A stretch of DNA of 64,000 bases from Ascidiella aspersa (Eukaryota): the NCBI GenBank assembly GCA_963924565.1, contig OZ004612.1, positions 6,882,001 through 6,946,000 of the forward strand. Reading direction: 5' to 3'. This document shows, one piece after another, positions 13,001 through 25,783 of this stretch; position 1 is the first letter of the stretch; each line of letters begins with the position of its first letter. The notes beneath the pieces were generated by a model. It saw only the letters and a program-made list of their open reading frames with translations, was not told where the DNA came from and ran no database searches. A program made the translations under genes and the position numbers.

Positions 13001-13629
13001 TGTTTTTCACTGAGAATAATTTTTGGATGTGCATTGTAAACATCAATGCGAATTTAAATTACGACAGCTGTGCTTTTTCTTCAGACCCATTTTTTGTATT
13101 CACTGGGATCATTCGAAACTTAAAGTAGATTCAATCCTTGTCAATACGGTGGAAGGAATTTGTTGCAACGATTCTTCAAAATGACTAAAGAACGAATACA
13201 TCGCAAGCTTGGACATCACAATACGGGTTTCTCTATTTTAGAAAAACACATAGGGTTTGTTTTTGTGCAAATTGCATGCTAAATAATGGTTTCAACGCGA
13301 ATTAACGACCGTCAGTTTTTTAAGGTCGAAGAGTTTTGATGTCGTTACTGAAGCTTCATAGAAAATGTTAAACTTTGGTGGTGATCGAAAACTGCTAAAA
13401 TACACTGCTGCTGCTATTTGCCTTGTGGTAAGTTCTTTTTTACAACCTTATAGGCTTTAATAAACCCTTAAAATTGTATTTTTGCAGATGTTTTTTACAC
13501 TTCCGAGTGACGCTGAAACGACGAGAGAGCCATTAATTTTATGCTGTATAGTTTATATGAACGTTTTATTTCCTTATATTTTGGTGGTAAATCTAAACTA
13601 TTTGCAAGATCCGGTGATCTGTGTTTTCT

Positions 13630-13810
13630 GTTGTGCATTTATACGGCTTGGTTTGTTGAATTGTTGTGTTGTGCTTGTTGCTGTTTGGTCTGGTGTGGAA
13701 GTGGAGCCAAGGGTTGGGTAGGGACTTTCCAAGGGTGGCTATTGGGGCTCGCAAGGGATTTATCCGGGTGGCATTGTAGACTGGCTCCATTGTATGAATG
13801 GGAATTGGAA
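13630..13810. repeat. Dispersed ~190-bp repeat, copy 2
   Basis: Homologous to 7720-7910. Confidence 0.75.
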
Positions 13811-14567
13811 AAGTCTATGTATTTGGTGCAACTTTTCTATGTAGGGATTGTGTATAAGTATAGTGTTGGAATACTGTTACTAACATTCCTGTTGATCGGT
13901 GACAATTCATATGTGCGAGGAATAAATCGAACAAAGAAGGTATTAAAAGACGGCCAAACCCAAAATGGAAAAAAAGAGTGATCAATAATTGCAAACGGTG
14001 TGTTGCTATTTATATGAATTTTACAAATCGGCTGATTGTAAAGGTTTTCTTTGTAAATTTTAGCGGTGCCTATAATTTGTGGCACTGTCGCAACCCAGTC
14101 GTCTGCTCCCTGCCGCTAAAATTCTATCACAAATGGCAGATGAGGGATGCATATCCCGTTCTGTAACCTTTTATTCTTATCAAGGTAAGATATATAAACT
14201 CCTTTTGCCTTAGAACTTTTTTAAAGGCTACCTGCATATTGCTAGAGTAATACTCTGCTTTATATGGGTAGGAATATTAAAATATCATTCATGCAGATTT
14301 CCAGTTTTACCGCCGATTGGATTTTGTCACTTCATCACTGCAACTCTTAAGTGCAATTTTCCTGCAATTCCGTTGCATTTCCGCAGTGACATTGTACACA
14401 TCACAAAGTGTATTTTTTTATTTATGTATTGAGTTGGCCAAGTTTTACTGAAAAATTTTGAACGTGAAATATGTTTTACATAACTTTTGCACAATAAAAA
14501 AATGCCTTGTGTTTTTCGGCCAATCTTTAATAGTTTTTCAAAATCCTATCATTTAATCCGGTTGTCA

Positions 14568-17145
14568 CTATTTCAAGCAGAATGTTCTGAGTTCAACAAT
14601 ATTTTCTTGTAAGAGTAGTTTGTTAAGGTTAACAACAATGGCATAAAGCTTTACATTCCTCTGCATCTGTTCACTTCGTTGGTAGCTGAAAGGGTCGGTT
14701 TGACCAAATGGACCGCCAAATACTGGCCCAGATGCAACGCCCATAAGGCCATCCATAGAACTGAAGGCATCTACCGGTCCCCGACTAAATGCCATCATGT
14801 CGAAGAAACCTTCGCGCAGCCAAGACAAAATGGACCACGTCTGTGACCGGATACCCCCTAATTTAAAAAACAAATTCCTAGTTATTGTATATTTAATAGT
14901 AAGTCCGTTTGTTTGGATTTTCCCAGTACAGTGAAATTGCATTTGCTACAACATTCCACTGTATTAAGCATGAAAATTGGTTTCAAAACTGTGATCCAGA
15001 CCTATTAAATTAATTAGACAACACGTGTAGTTTTCTGAAAACTTCGTTAAATTGTCACCTCCTGGATATATCAAATAGCTATCCATACTGATAATACATT
15101 ATATCCGGTTTACTTACGATGTCCAAAAGGCGAGCATCTCATAATGCACTTGAAAAAATTTTAAAACTTATTAAATTTTAGAACTTTAATCGTCGGCATT
15201 ATGTGTTTTGTTGGAGGGCAAGGTTCTGTTGTGGAAACACATACCAAGTTCTAATGCACTTCAAGCACTTTTTCTTATTCATTTGTTCGCTTTCAGTGAG
15301 TGGAGGACACTACAGACCATCGATTCTCGCTTTTTTGATGCATTCCTCCTTTTCCGTACTATTCATTCACGATATTGCCTGTAATAAAAGCAACTTAAGG
15401 TCAAACTGAAAGTAGTATTGTTTTCATTACAATAATTAGGTGTCTGTAATGTGTCGCCACACTGGCCGGTTTTGAATTTAATAATATAAATTTAACATTT
15501 GAAAGTTTTAAAATCATAGGTAAAAAAATGCACAGACGTCCTATGGTAAATACACAGTAAGTCACTTACCACATGCATCTTTCACGCATTTCCTGCATTC
15601 CAGTGTTGCGTTCATGACCCTCATTCTCTGTTCCTTGGGCCTCGGACAGCTATCGCAGTTTTTGTCCTCACGGCTGCAAGAAATCACTCTTGAGAAAATG
15701 CATGATGAAAAAGCGGTGTATTCGACGTCGCGGAAAACCTCTTCCAAATTGTGAAAGCATTCCACCCAGAAATTTACCCACACCACCGCACATAGGGCCA
15801 TGTCTACCAAAAAATAGACCAATTCCACTGGCCATAGGGCCACGTCCACCAGAATATGGAACAATTCCACCTAAAATAGAGACACGTCCACCGGAAAAGG
15901 TTCCAATTCCTTCGGCCATAGGGCCACGTCCACCAGCAAAGGGACGAATTCCACAGGACATAGGGCCATGTCCACCAGAAAAGGGACCAATTCCATATGA
16001 CATAAGGGCCACGTCCACCATAAAAGAGACAAATTGCACCGTACAAATTCTCACCGCATTCTTTAAAATAAATTCTCACCGCATTGACAAATCAGTTTGC
16101 ATGTATAGTGCTTATGCAGTTTGAATGAATTCTTACCGAATCCTTCCTTGACGCATTCCCTGCATTCGTTCCTGGCTGCTTGCATCCCTCGCCTCATTTC
16201 CTCCAAGCTCTTGCAATACTTTAGCGTGACGTAAGTCTTCTTGCACTCACGTGACTTTGCTGAATTCGCATTTGGTCGACCTGTGTTTTAAAAAGTCTCT
16301 CAAATAATGTCTAAATCATATTAATAAGGAGCAAGTGCAATGTTTTTATTATGAGTATTTTATCATGTTTAGGCTAAACAAGGCATACAGTTATACTTGT
16401 TAAATGTGTGATTGCAGTTTATCAGAAAAATTATTGTTGTATAGTGCATATAAATTTATTATATAAAAAGCAATTAGGCTTACCGCCGAAAGGCCCGTTT
16501 CGTCCAACGCCAAATGGAAGTTGATTGTTTCCTGGAAATTGTCTTCCCCTTTGACTTTTTGTACCTGGATAAATATTTTAATGAAAAATTAAAACTTTTT
16601 GCACCTTTCGTACCTATCAACAACAAATAGGAATTAATTATATTATTTTAATACAGATAAACTTTTATTTTGAATAAAAAAAAAAGGAATAGAACAAGTG
16701 TTTGTCTAACGACCCTTTAAAAACCTGTTGTGTTAAATATGTTTAAAATAGTTGAAAGCCGAAAAACACCTGGTCTTCTTCATTGCTTCAAGCAGGATGT
16801 GCAGTTTATAATCCTGTGTCTGTTCTTCAACGGGATGCCGGGACAATAGGAACAATCGGAGAAGGCGTCTTGCACACATTCTTTCCTGTACTTAACGATC
16901 GTGGTAAACGGGTGCATGGATTCTTCGTTCTCCTAAGTTACTGCGACTTCAGCAAAGAGGTACGAAACGCCAGCGTAGCTCTGTGGAATAGAACAAGGTT
17001 GGGCAAGCGGCTGACCATAGCGCGCAAAAAGAAGCGAGTTCAAGTGGACAGCAGCACGACCAACGGCAACAGGGACACAACTGCCCAGTAGACTGGTGAA
17101 AGTTGACTCGATCTGTGATACATGTGTAGAGACGACGGTTTCCAT
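14568..17145 (-). pseudogene. Multi-exon Cys-rich / Gly-Pro-repeat secreted-type protein, disrupted
   Basis: GT-AG exons ~17145-16770, 16564-16484, 16280-16137, 16060-15570, 15378-15245 and 14857-~14600, mostly phase 1. Four modules end in CxxC(V/L/I)(K/R). A signal-like MYHRSSQLSPVYWAVVSLLPLVVLLST starts at 17123. In-frame stops at 16933, 16780 and 15310, and at least 3 frameshifts. Confidence 0.7.
15770..16040 (-). repeat. Coding-type 42-bp tandem repeat (GGRGPM-xxGIGPFS)
   Basis: About six copies of catagggccacgtccacc...aattcc on the plus strand. Confidence 0.85.
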
Positions 17146-19257
17146 TTTATGCCTAATGTGTAAATGGCGGGTATGGAGCAAAAACACAGACGCTTAAATT
17201 CATAAGGTTCCCGGAGACCACCGACCAGCGTGAAAAATGGCTAAATCTGAAGCGTTATATCATAAGCATTAAATATGTTTGGTGAACACTTTATAACTTA
17301 AAATACTCTTTTAAAATGATAAAACGATTTTATTTTATTTTCAATGGGTTTTTGCCTAGTTGAAAATGTTTCCGGAAATTCCAAAGTTTTCTACTGTATA
17401 TATGCAACTAACGCCTTTGCGACTTAAAATATTGCTAAATAAAACTATTTGAATAACGACACGGCGCGTTTTCAACCTCGCTATTACTTTCCAAAAATAC
17501 TGTGTTCGAATTAGTTTATTCTTAGCAAAATAATTTTTAATGTTCACACTCCTTCAATTTTTGTCAGCGGTATTCACCCATATAATAATTTAATTTCATA
17601 CCACATATTTTGAGAACAAATGAAATATAAGTCAATATGATAGAAAACATGAATGGGATACAATAGATTAAAAAAATGGGCAAAAAATTAACCGGAAACA
17701 TAAAGATTTACTAATCTACTTTTAGTTACGTCATGGAATCAAGCATTCTTAATCTCTGGACAAAATCGAACCTGTACATTTGACCAACTCGAATATATAT
17801 AAAAGATGACAAAGAATGATGTAATGTTCTTAGATATTTGCATATATGCCCACAAAAGCTTTTGCTTACCTTTCTGGAACAAAGAGATGTAATTAGACGT
17901 GCACGTGTGTTTAACATGTGGTTCCTTAAATTCTTTAGCAATTACGGTTGTTGGTGTCTGTTTGCTATTTGTTGTACTTTTTTGTAAGACTTTATCCAGT
18001 TGTACGTGAGGGCTTGCGTCGAAGTAACAAACTTTTCACCACTTTTCACGCCGACATTTACACACTTTCAGTAAACTCGCATCTTTCTTATAACTGCATC
18101 TTGTTGTTTTATTACTAACCACTATGTGAGTTTTCGTAACCGCCTTTTTTCTATGAGTTAACGTTGCTGCACGTTTCGGGGATTTTAACGTGACATGCAA
18201 ATTATAAATCTGAGAACACACGGCACTATAGTGAACTACAAATTGCATTGCGATATTGATAAGCTTTCGCATAACAAGTGTAGCAACAGTCTCTAAATAA
18301 GCACCGCAGCAGTTCGCTATTTGAAAACTAAAAAATCCAAAAATAAACATAACACGTCCTATTATAGTTTCCGATGATAGCGTGCACTGGAGTGGTGCAG
18401 AACTTATAATGCAGAGGTTTTTGTGATCTTCAGTTTTTGGTATTTTATAGCATATTTACTTTATAGTTTTTAAATCTTTCGCTTGTTTAGTTTGTATAGC
18501 AAAACTATTAGATCACTCCTTTCCATTGCGCCCCTTTAAATGTTAATTGCTCGAGTTAAAAAGCTATCATTTTCATAATTTTAACCACGCCGATGTTCGG
18601 TGTGTATGTGGCATTTTCTGCCTAAGATCTTCGTTTGATTTTTTTACTTGGCATAGATGCGTACGAATGGGAAAACTCTTTGGTGAAACAAACTCCACAA
18701 TATTCCTTTCATACGCATTGTTATTAGTTCCTAATTTGTGAAGCAGTTGTTATTTTTTAAATTTGTTATATATATGTCATTTTACCATTTAGGCGAACAA
18801 GAATTTCAAGCACCACGTAATAAAACTGAGTGTTCCTTTAGGCATATTTCTTAACAAGAATAAGCTAATACGGTAAACGTTGGGAAGTACAAATTTAAGC
18901 ATGTGCTAACAGATATTTTTAGTTACCCAATCACGTCATGGGACTACAGCGGTAGTCCTTACTAATGTATTGTGTGGGTATAGTTCTCGCTTCACCACGT
19001 TTACAACAAACGGCGGTGGTAGAGTAAGTTCCGGTTACCATAGCTGTATGAAGTTTCATCATGATGTTGATGGCAGTGTAGCGCATTATTAAAAGACAAG
19101 ACCCGATGGGCTTACAATAAAAACTATAAGTATCAGGAAATAAGCCTGCGTTTACATGTGCATGTAATTGGAGAAAAGGCTTCGTAACAACCACCCTGAG
19201 AGTAGTAGTAGTATATTTCTGCTCGTTTAAAGTAAAGAGCAACTTCTGAATGCAAGA

Positions 19258-22200
19258 ATGACAAGACGAAAGATGGCAGGAATACCAATTTTATTCTTGT
19301 TGTTTTTGTCGGAATTTGGAAGTAAAGCAGTTTTAGGACTTGGTGAGTTAAAGTTCTACTGGGTTAAAATGTTTTTTAATCGTTTTAGCACTATGGGTTT
19401 CAACACTCCTAATAAACACAACTGTGAACAAAACGCAACATATTTATTCTATCATAACCTTTATATCTACAAATATCAACTTTTTTTTATTTAGATCGGT
19501 CAGAAGTGTGCAATGGTAGATCGCCAGCAATTGGTAACCGAATATAGTTTTATTAGCTTTGATTTTACATAAAGGCAATGCGTGCCTAAATGATTGATTA
19601 ACTGCAAAACTACTGGTTTAAAGATAATTGTTTTACCACGTGTAAAGCGTAAAAAAATGCAAATATTGTTACAGATGCACCTGAAGAGGCACTAAAATTC
19701 TTTGAGAATCAATCTCTGCTTCATCTTAGCTACTGCCAATGTCAATGTAAGTTTTTGTGGGCTTTATATTTTGTTGCAACCGTATCAAGGTATTGTCAAG
19801 GTCTTTTTAAACAAACTATAACGGAGAAAGTTTAAACCAGCACCGATTAAATGTCGATTAGGCTAGTGTCAAACCACAGAACAAATCAGCATAAAATAGA
19901 CAGTTTGTTTATATTTTTGCTTGCATCGGGTCTTTTTATTTCTCCACTGATTTTAACTAACCTTCTAAAGGAGGGTACTATACACTTACAGGCTGACTAC
20001 TGTTGTTTCACGTGTAACTAGATGTTTTTATCAAAATTACTTGGTCAATACACTCTTCGTTGAACAAAACTTGCTCAGCTAAAAATCGCTTTAGTTTGCA
20101 AGAATACAGTTAAATGAGACTTATCTAATAGCATTGTTTCTTGGAAGCGTTAATTCCCCCCAACGTTGTTAATATAAATTCCAACAGCTATAGTACTGCT
20201 CATCCTTAAAACTTATTACCTGCTTATGTCGCAGCACAATCAACCAACGCTAACGTAACAAAGCTGTTCGCCATCTTTGAAACTTATGAAACACACAACA
20301 CAGCCCAAGCGAAATACCAAAGCCGTGATTCCGAATTGGCCAAACTAGAAAGTTCAGCTGATGGAAGTACACTGAAGTGTCACATTCAAAGGCGACGTTA
20401 TGACTTTGGCTGGTCGATTTCGCCTATAATTGCAATAATATTGCACTGATGAAAATTCCGCGAATAGGGGGTAGAAGCGTTAATAAAATTTGGCTGGACG
20501 AACGATTTCACAATTGAAACAATTCCTGGCAGCAACAGTATTTATAACTTGTTTATGTCGCAGCTCTATCAACCAACGCTAACGTAACAAAGCTATTCGC
20601 CATCTTTGAAATTACTAAATCACACGACATAGCCCAAGCGAAATGCCAAAGCCGGGATTCCGAATTGGCCAAACTAGAAAGTTCAGCTGATGGAAGTACA
20701 CTGAAGTGTCTCATGGATTTGCAAAGTGGAATACACTTCTGGATAGGTGAGTTCAGGACAATAAGACCGAAAACTGAAACATTCGATTTATTAGTTTAAT
20801 ATGAAACGTTATTTGTAAAACTTTAATTATTTTGGAGCAAAATGGTTGAAGTTGTAGAAATACTTTATTAAGAACATTAAGGCAATATAGATATAGGTAG
20901 GCTATCATTTTAAACGTTTCGAATAACTCTTTATTTATTTATTTTTAGCATAATGAAAAGAAGTTTATATATAATGCTATTCTAAGTATATATATATATA
21001 TATATATATATATCAACAGGGTGATATGGCCACCGTACTATCTGACTCCACTTAATCGAAACCAAACAAACTGCCATTGCATTTCAAAGTGCGTACTGTC
21101 AGGTCGCTTAAAGATTTACTGTACATTCGAAAAATTCAGCCATAACTCCGCTTTTAATAAAACAGCTTACAGCGCGGTATTACGCGTCTCGCCAGTAAGG
21201 CGTGCATTTGCTCGACCCACCAGGCAAGGAAAATAGAATCGAGGTGAAATATCTAACACTTTACCAGGCATACACGCTATAATTACAAGCACAAACAGAC
21301 AAGTGTCGATCGCTTTCTACATATACTTCTGATATACTGTTTTAATTATTTCAATGCAGGGTTGAAGTGTGACAATAATGCGATGCAGGGGTGTACGGAT
21401 AAAAGCAGTTATAATTGGATGGACGGTTCTTCCATATCCTGGGGCAACTGGAAAAGTAATCAGCCCGACCATTACAACGAGAAATGCGTTGCAAGCACGT
21501 CTTCTGGGTGGAATAACGCGATATGTTCGACCCCGTTTTATTATTCTTGCTCCAAAGGTATACAGAATAATAGCGCAATGCAACAATATTTAAACACATG
21601 TCATTATAAATCTTTGATGCTACAGATTTGCAATCTACAACAATAACCACAGCAGCTACAACTGCCACAACTAAACCAACAACAACAACAACAACAACAA
21701 CTACGAATACTAAAACAAGACCAACGGCAACACCTACAACTACAACATCAATAACAAGACGTTCGATTGCAGAAACAGCACTATCTACGACTAAAACAAA
21801 AATGGAAACACATACGACGACAACAAGGACATCAACAACAGCAACACCAGCGAAAACAACAATAAAACCTACGACTAGCACAACAACAAGTCCCACAACA
21901 TCCATGAATTCCCCCAGCACAAAAGTTGACACAATTTCACGAGCGACAATGCAATTGACACGCTCAAGTTTATTCGAAACACAAAATGGAACGACATACG
22001 CCATAAGCACAACAACAGAACCAAAGAAACCAGCTCTGGCCGAAACGCAAACAACAGGCGACATTTTTGTTCCAGGTAAGTCAATTTTGTTTCTAACTTC
22101 CGCGCATAATAACGTCCAACGTGAAAAAATACTATTGGCAGAAAAATCGGGTTGAAACGTTTTACTCACTCAACATTCTAGGTCAATGTCAGCTTTGACC

Positions 22201-25183
22201 TTTTTAATCTTAATGTTGCGGAAGCAAATAACATAATATATATTCCACCTAAATAGCGTTCCAAAACGACTTTAAGTTTTCATTATAGATTGGGATCAAA
22301 TCGTGGACGACTGTGCCATTCGTAAGCTACAATTCACCTTGACTGTTAGAGTGTTTATTTATTTTTTAAGTAAATAAGTAAATATTGATTCGGAATGTTT
22401 ACAACAGATACGAAATTATTTTTGAAAATAGTTTGCCCTAGAAAAAATCTCAATATATTAGAGCGGATGTTTTTTTGCCTGTTAAAATATGGCATCAACG
22501 ACAATATTACGCTTTTTTTGTATTTTACGGGTTTGCGAATGGGGATACTTGTATTTCGGAATAATAAATACTATAAAATTTATATGAAGAACAGAGTAAA
22601 TGTTATATACAGAATTCAATCTGACAAGGCTAGCGGCGTCTTTAAACCACGGTCCGTCCATCTCGGACAATATAAACTCGTTCGAAAGCAACCTCAGCAT
22701 GCATCATGAAGGCAATTATTCCTTGCAAAACAACCTTACACAAGTCAGCGTACAAGTTGTGGTGAAACATGTAACCTCAAACGGTGGAACAGTCGAGTCC
22801 GGTTTGGTCGATTTTGGAAAATCCTCTGTAAAAGCTGCCTTTCAGGTTGCCGCTAATTCCAGTGTGGCTATCGTAATGTTTCAAGTGGTCGTTAACAAAT
22901 CAACGCCATGTAAACTTGTCACCACCGATCAATCAAAGCCTAACACGCTTTACGCCGAAGTAAGTCCCCAGCTTTTCATTGGTGTGTCAGGCTACTATAT
23001 CACAACTTATGAAAAGATTATGGGCTCTGTTGCATTTTCGCGGAAAGTTACCGACGATGAACAGAAGTCGCGCCAGGTTTGTGAAAATAATGTAATTTCC
23101 TCGGCTAACCTAGGCTTAGAAAATGTGGAATGGGCTTGCGCTTTCATCGATCAATCTTCCACTTATTCTACCACTGGATGTCGCAGTAAACTAATAGGGG
23201 ATCGGGTCCACTGCGAATGTGATCACCTCACCGTGCTCTCTATTCTGCTTTCAATGAAAACAGCCGCTATATCAAGTGGAGTAAAGGTAAGCGAGTGGCA
23301 ATTCTATAGTTACAGGAATTTTTCCTACGTTGACAATCCTGATAAAACGCATAGAAAAAGTAAATCAAAAACGAATCGGGGATTAAGTTAAATTAATGGT
23401 ACTCTGATGCAATTTTAAGTTTTTAGAGATATTTTTCTTGCTAAATAACTCAAAAATGGATTCCCAAAGACATTGCGATGAACATCGTTCGTTTTTCATT
23501 GGTGAGTAATTGTTCTTTGCTCTTTCAGATCCTCTCGTATGTTTGCGAGTCGATCTCGATCTGCTTCCTCGTGCTCAGCTTCGTTCTATTATTACGTCAT
23601 AAGCGCCAGGTCGCGAGCGACCGGACCCTCATCCAGATCTGCGTCGTCTTCTCCCTCCTGCTCCTCCACGTCGCCAATCTCTTCCAGGATGCAGCGATCC
23701 TCAAAGAAGTCGGATGTGTTTTCCTCTCTGCGAGCATCCACTTCTTCTTACTAGCATCAGGTAAGGTTAAAACGATAGCATGGTCGTCATGTAACGCGTC
23801 CATATGTCGCATTGCCTTTCATCTAATAACTTAAAAATTAACAAATTATATTTTGGAAAAAATAGCAGCAACTAACAGGCATTTACTCTGTTCAAATTCT
23901 CACAGAAATAATGTTTGCACAGAACAATCGTCATGTATTGTCTATACTTAACTTTGTGATAATTACATTTTTATTTCCAGTTTGAAACAAATTTCGTTTT
24001 AATTAAACTTTATAGTACTTGAAAAAATAATTTATCTTTTACTGTTCCGAAATTAGTAGCTTGTCTTTTTGTTGTTTTACAGTTTTCTGGTTTACGATCG
24101 ACGGAGTCCGAATGACAATGGCCATGACGAACCCGATTGGATTTCAGGTCCAAGACTCCCAAAAGCGATCAAAGGTGTTCTTGGTGGTCGGTTGGCTTAT
24201 CGCGGCAATTCTGGTTGGATCGGCGCTCGCCGCAGGTCTTCCCACAGGAAAATATATGAGGGCCAATGCCAACCTCATGACACAGCCAGGAGGAAGCAAA
24301 TTCGACAGATGCTGGCTGGATCCTGACACCAACGTGTTTATTCTCACTGTTATCGTGCCGATCGCGATTTGTCTTGTGGTCAACTTCCTCTTTGCTCTCA
24401 TTGGTTCATTTGTCCTCCTTTCCTCCAGGAAGAAAAAAAAGCGAAGAAGTCCGGGGGAAATGGATCAAGACGCGAAGACGTTTTTCCGCGCCTTCTTTTT
24501 CTTGATGTTGGTTCTTGGAACAACTTGGGTTCTTGGATTTTTTACAGGTAAAATTTGCGCATTTTCAAGAAACAAATTTAAAGACATTACAACACTTTTC
24601 AAAAATAATTATAGGATTTAAAAAAAAATACAATCACTCTGCCTCTTTTGAAGATAATTATACATGTCAACAGCATAAATGCCAGGTAAAATGCAACAAT
24701 GAAAAATATTAAAAAAATTTGCCTTATTATTTGTCTAACCAGATTGTTAATGCTGCGCATAAAAAAATTAAAATAATTCTTTTTAGTACAACATAGCGAT
24801 TTTTAGAACTTTTCAGTATGAAATGCAATTCAAAGACGATCGATGGATTTGTAGCATTTCATGACTTTGTTGCAAACCTAAACATTTTTCTTTCTTTCGC
24901 CACTTTTCTCTTTTTTGTATTTTAAGTAACCTGTAGCATAAATGTTGTTTTTAATTTCAGTCTCTCTAAGCCGTACACAACCTAATAAGTCTAGCGTAAA
25001 ATTGAAGATATTTTTGATCCAGGTCTCGGAGACGAGGGGACGTCAGAAGTGATGACGTACATCCACACGCTGGTGAATGGGCTTCAGGGATTGGCAGTGT
25101 TCTATTGCTACTGCGTCAAGAATGACGTCATTCGCAAGAAAATATCCTGTGTAGGAAAAACTGCCTGGGTTCCAAACCAATAA
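19258..25183 (+). CDS. Adhesion GPCR copy 1: signal peptide - C-type lectin - Thr-rich stalk - GAIN/GPS - 7TM
   Basis: Phase-consistent exons 19258-19342, 19495-19533, 19675-19746, 20564-20746, 21360-21557, 21626-22075, 22613-23286, 23529-23760, 24083-24547, 25023-25183. CTL motifs AQAKC..FWIG, W.DG, QPD, EKCV, WNN; GPS CECDHL/TVLSILL; secretin-like 7TM motifs (CWL, LGTTW, NGLQG). Confidence 0.9.
20235..20449 (+). other. Truncated tandem duplicate of the first C-type lectin exon
   Basis: 20221-20381 is near-identical to 20551-20710, including the acceptor. It has Cys->Tyr, lacks FWIG and the donor, and runs to TGA at 20447. Confidence 0.8.
20987..21013. repeat. (TA)n microsatellite
   Basis: Direct inspection; intronic in copy 1. 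Confidence 0.95.
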
Positions 25184-25462
25184 ACTTCAAGCGTCAATAA
25201 CCTAACCCAGCAAACTTCCCGTACTTAAGATACATCCAAATACAACTGTTTTCTTATCAGCTCTATCCACGTGTATATAGTTTGGCAATTTTCAGCTGTA
25301 AAAATTCGTGTAACAATATTTGCTTGATTTGTTACAACGAGTTAGATTTAAAATTAATCTCTGTATCCTTCCATTTTCTCAACAATCCATTTCTATTATC
25401 GTTTGTCAATTTTCAGCATTGTTATACACAGGTATTTAAAAATGTATATATAGCATTTAGCG

Positions 25463-25783
25463 CAGTGGTTCTTAACCTTATTAAACTGCCGAACTCCTAT
25501 GTTATTCTGCAAGCTTTCGTCGAACCCATCATTTTGACTCGGTATTTGTTTTTTCCTCCCAGCAGTTAAAACTGGTCATAATCAAATTATAAACTTGCAT
25601 TTAGATAGATTAAATTGGCTAAACTTCCAATTTATAACGCTACATGACACCTTGGCACATACAAGAGATTCGAATTTAGCTTGAACTAACAGTGTTTATG
25701 CTTTAGAGGACGTTCTGGCCGAACCCTTGAAACCGCTGCGTCGAACCCCAAGGGTTCGATCGAACCCTGGTTAAGAACAACTG
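25463..25783. mobile_element. hAT-like MITE downstream of aGPCR copy 1
   Basis: TIRs cagtggttcttaacc / ggttaagaacaactg; flanks atttagcg / ctttagcg (7/8 TSD); absent from the paralogous flank of copy 2 (~39850). Confidence 0.9.

Noticed and set aside
13482-14166. Overlapping 60-146-aa ORFs
   Set aside because: They overlap a dispersed repeat and show no domain or splice support.
15690-16124. Pro-rich 144-aa plus-strand ORF
   Set aside because: Splice signals and neighbouring exons place the gene on the minus strand.
16780-16782. In-frame TGA near a Cys-equivalent position, suggesting selenocysteine or readthrough
   Set aside because: The same gene has TAG stops and several frameshifts, so pseudogenisation is simpler; no SECIS was identified.
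21351-22169. 272-aa Val-rich minus-strand ORF
   Set aside because: Antisense shadow of the Thr-rich stalk exon.
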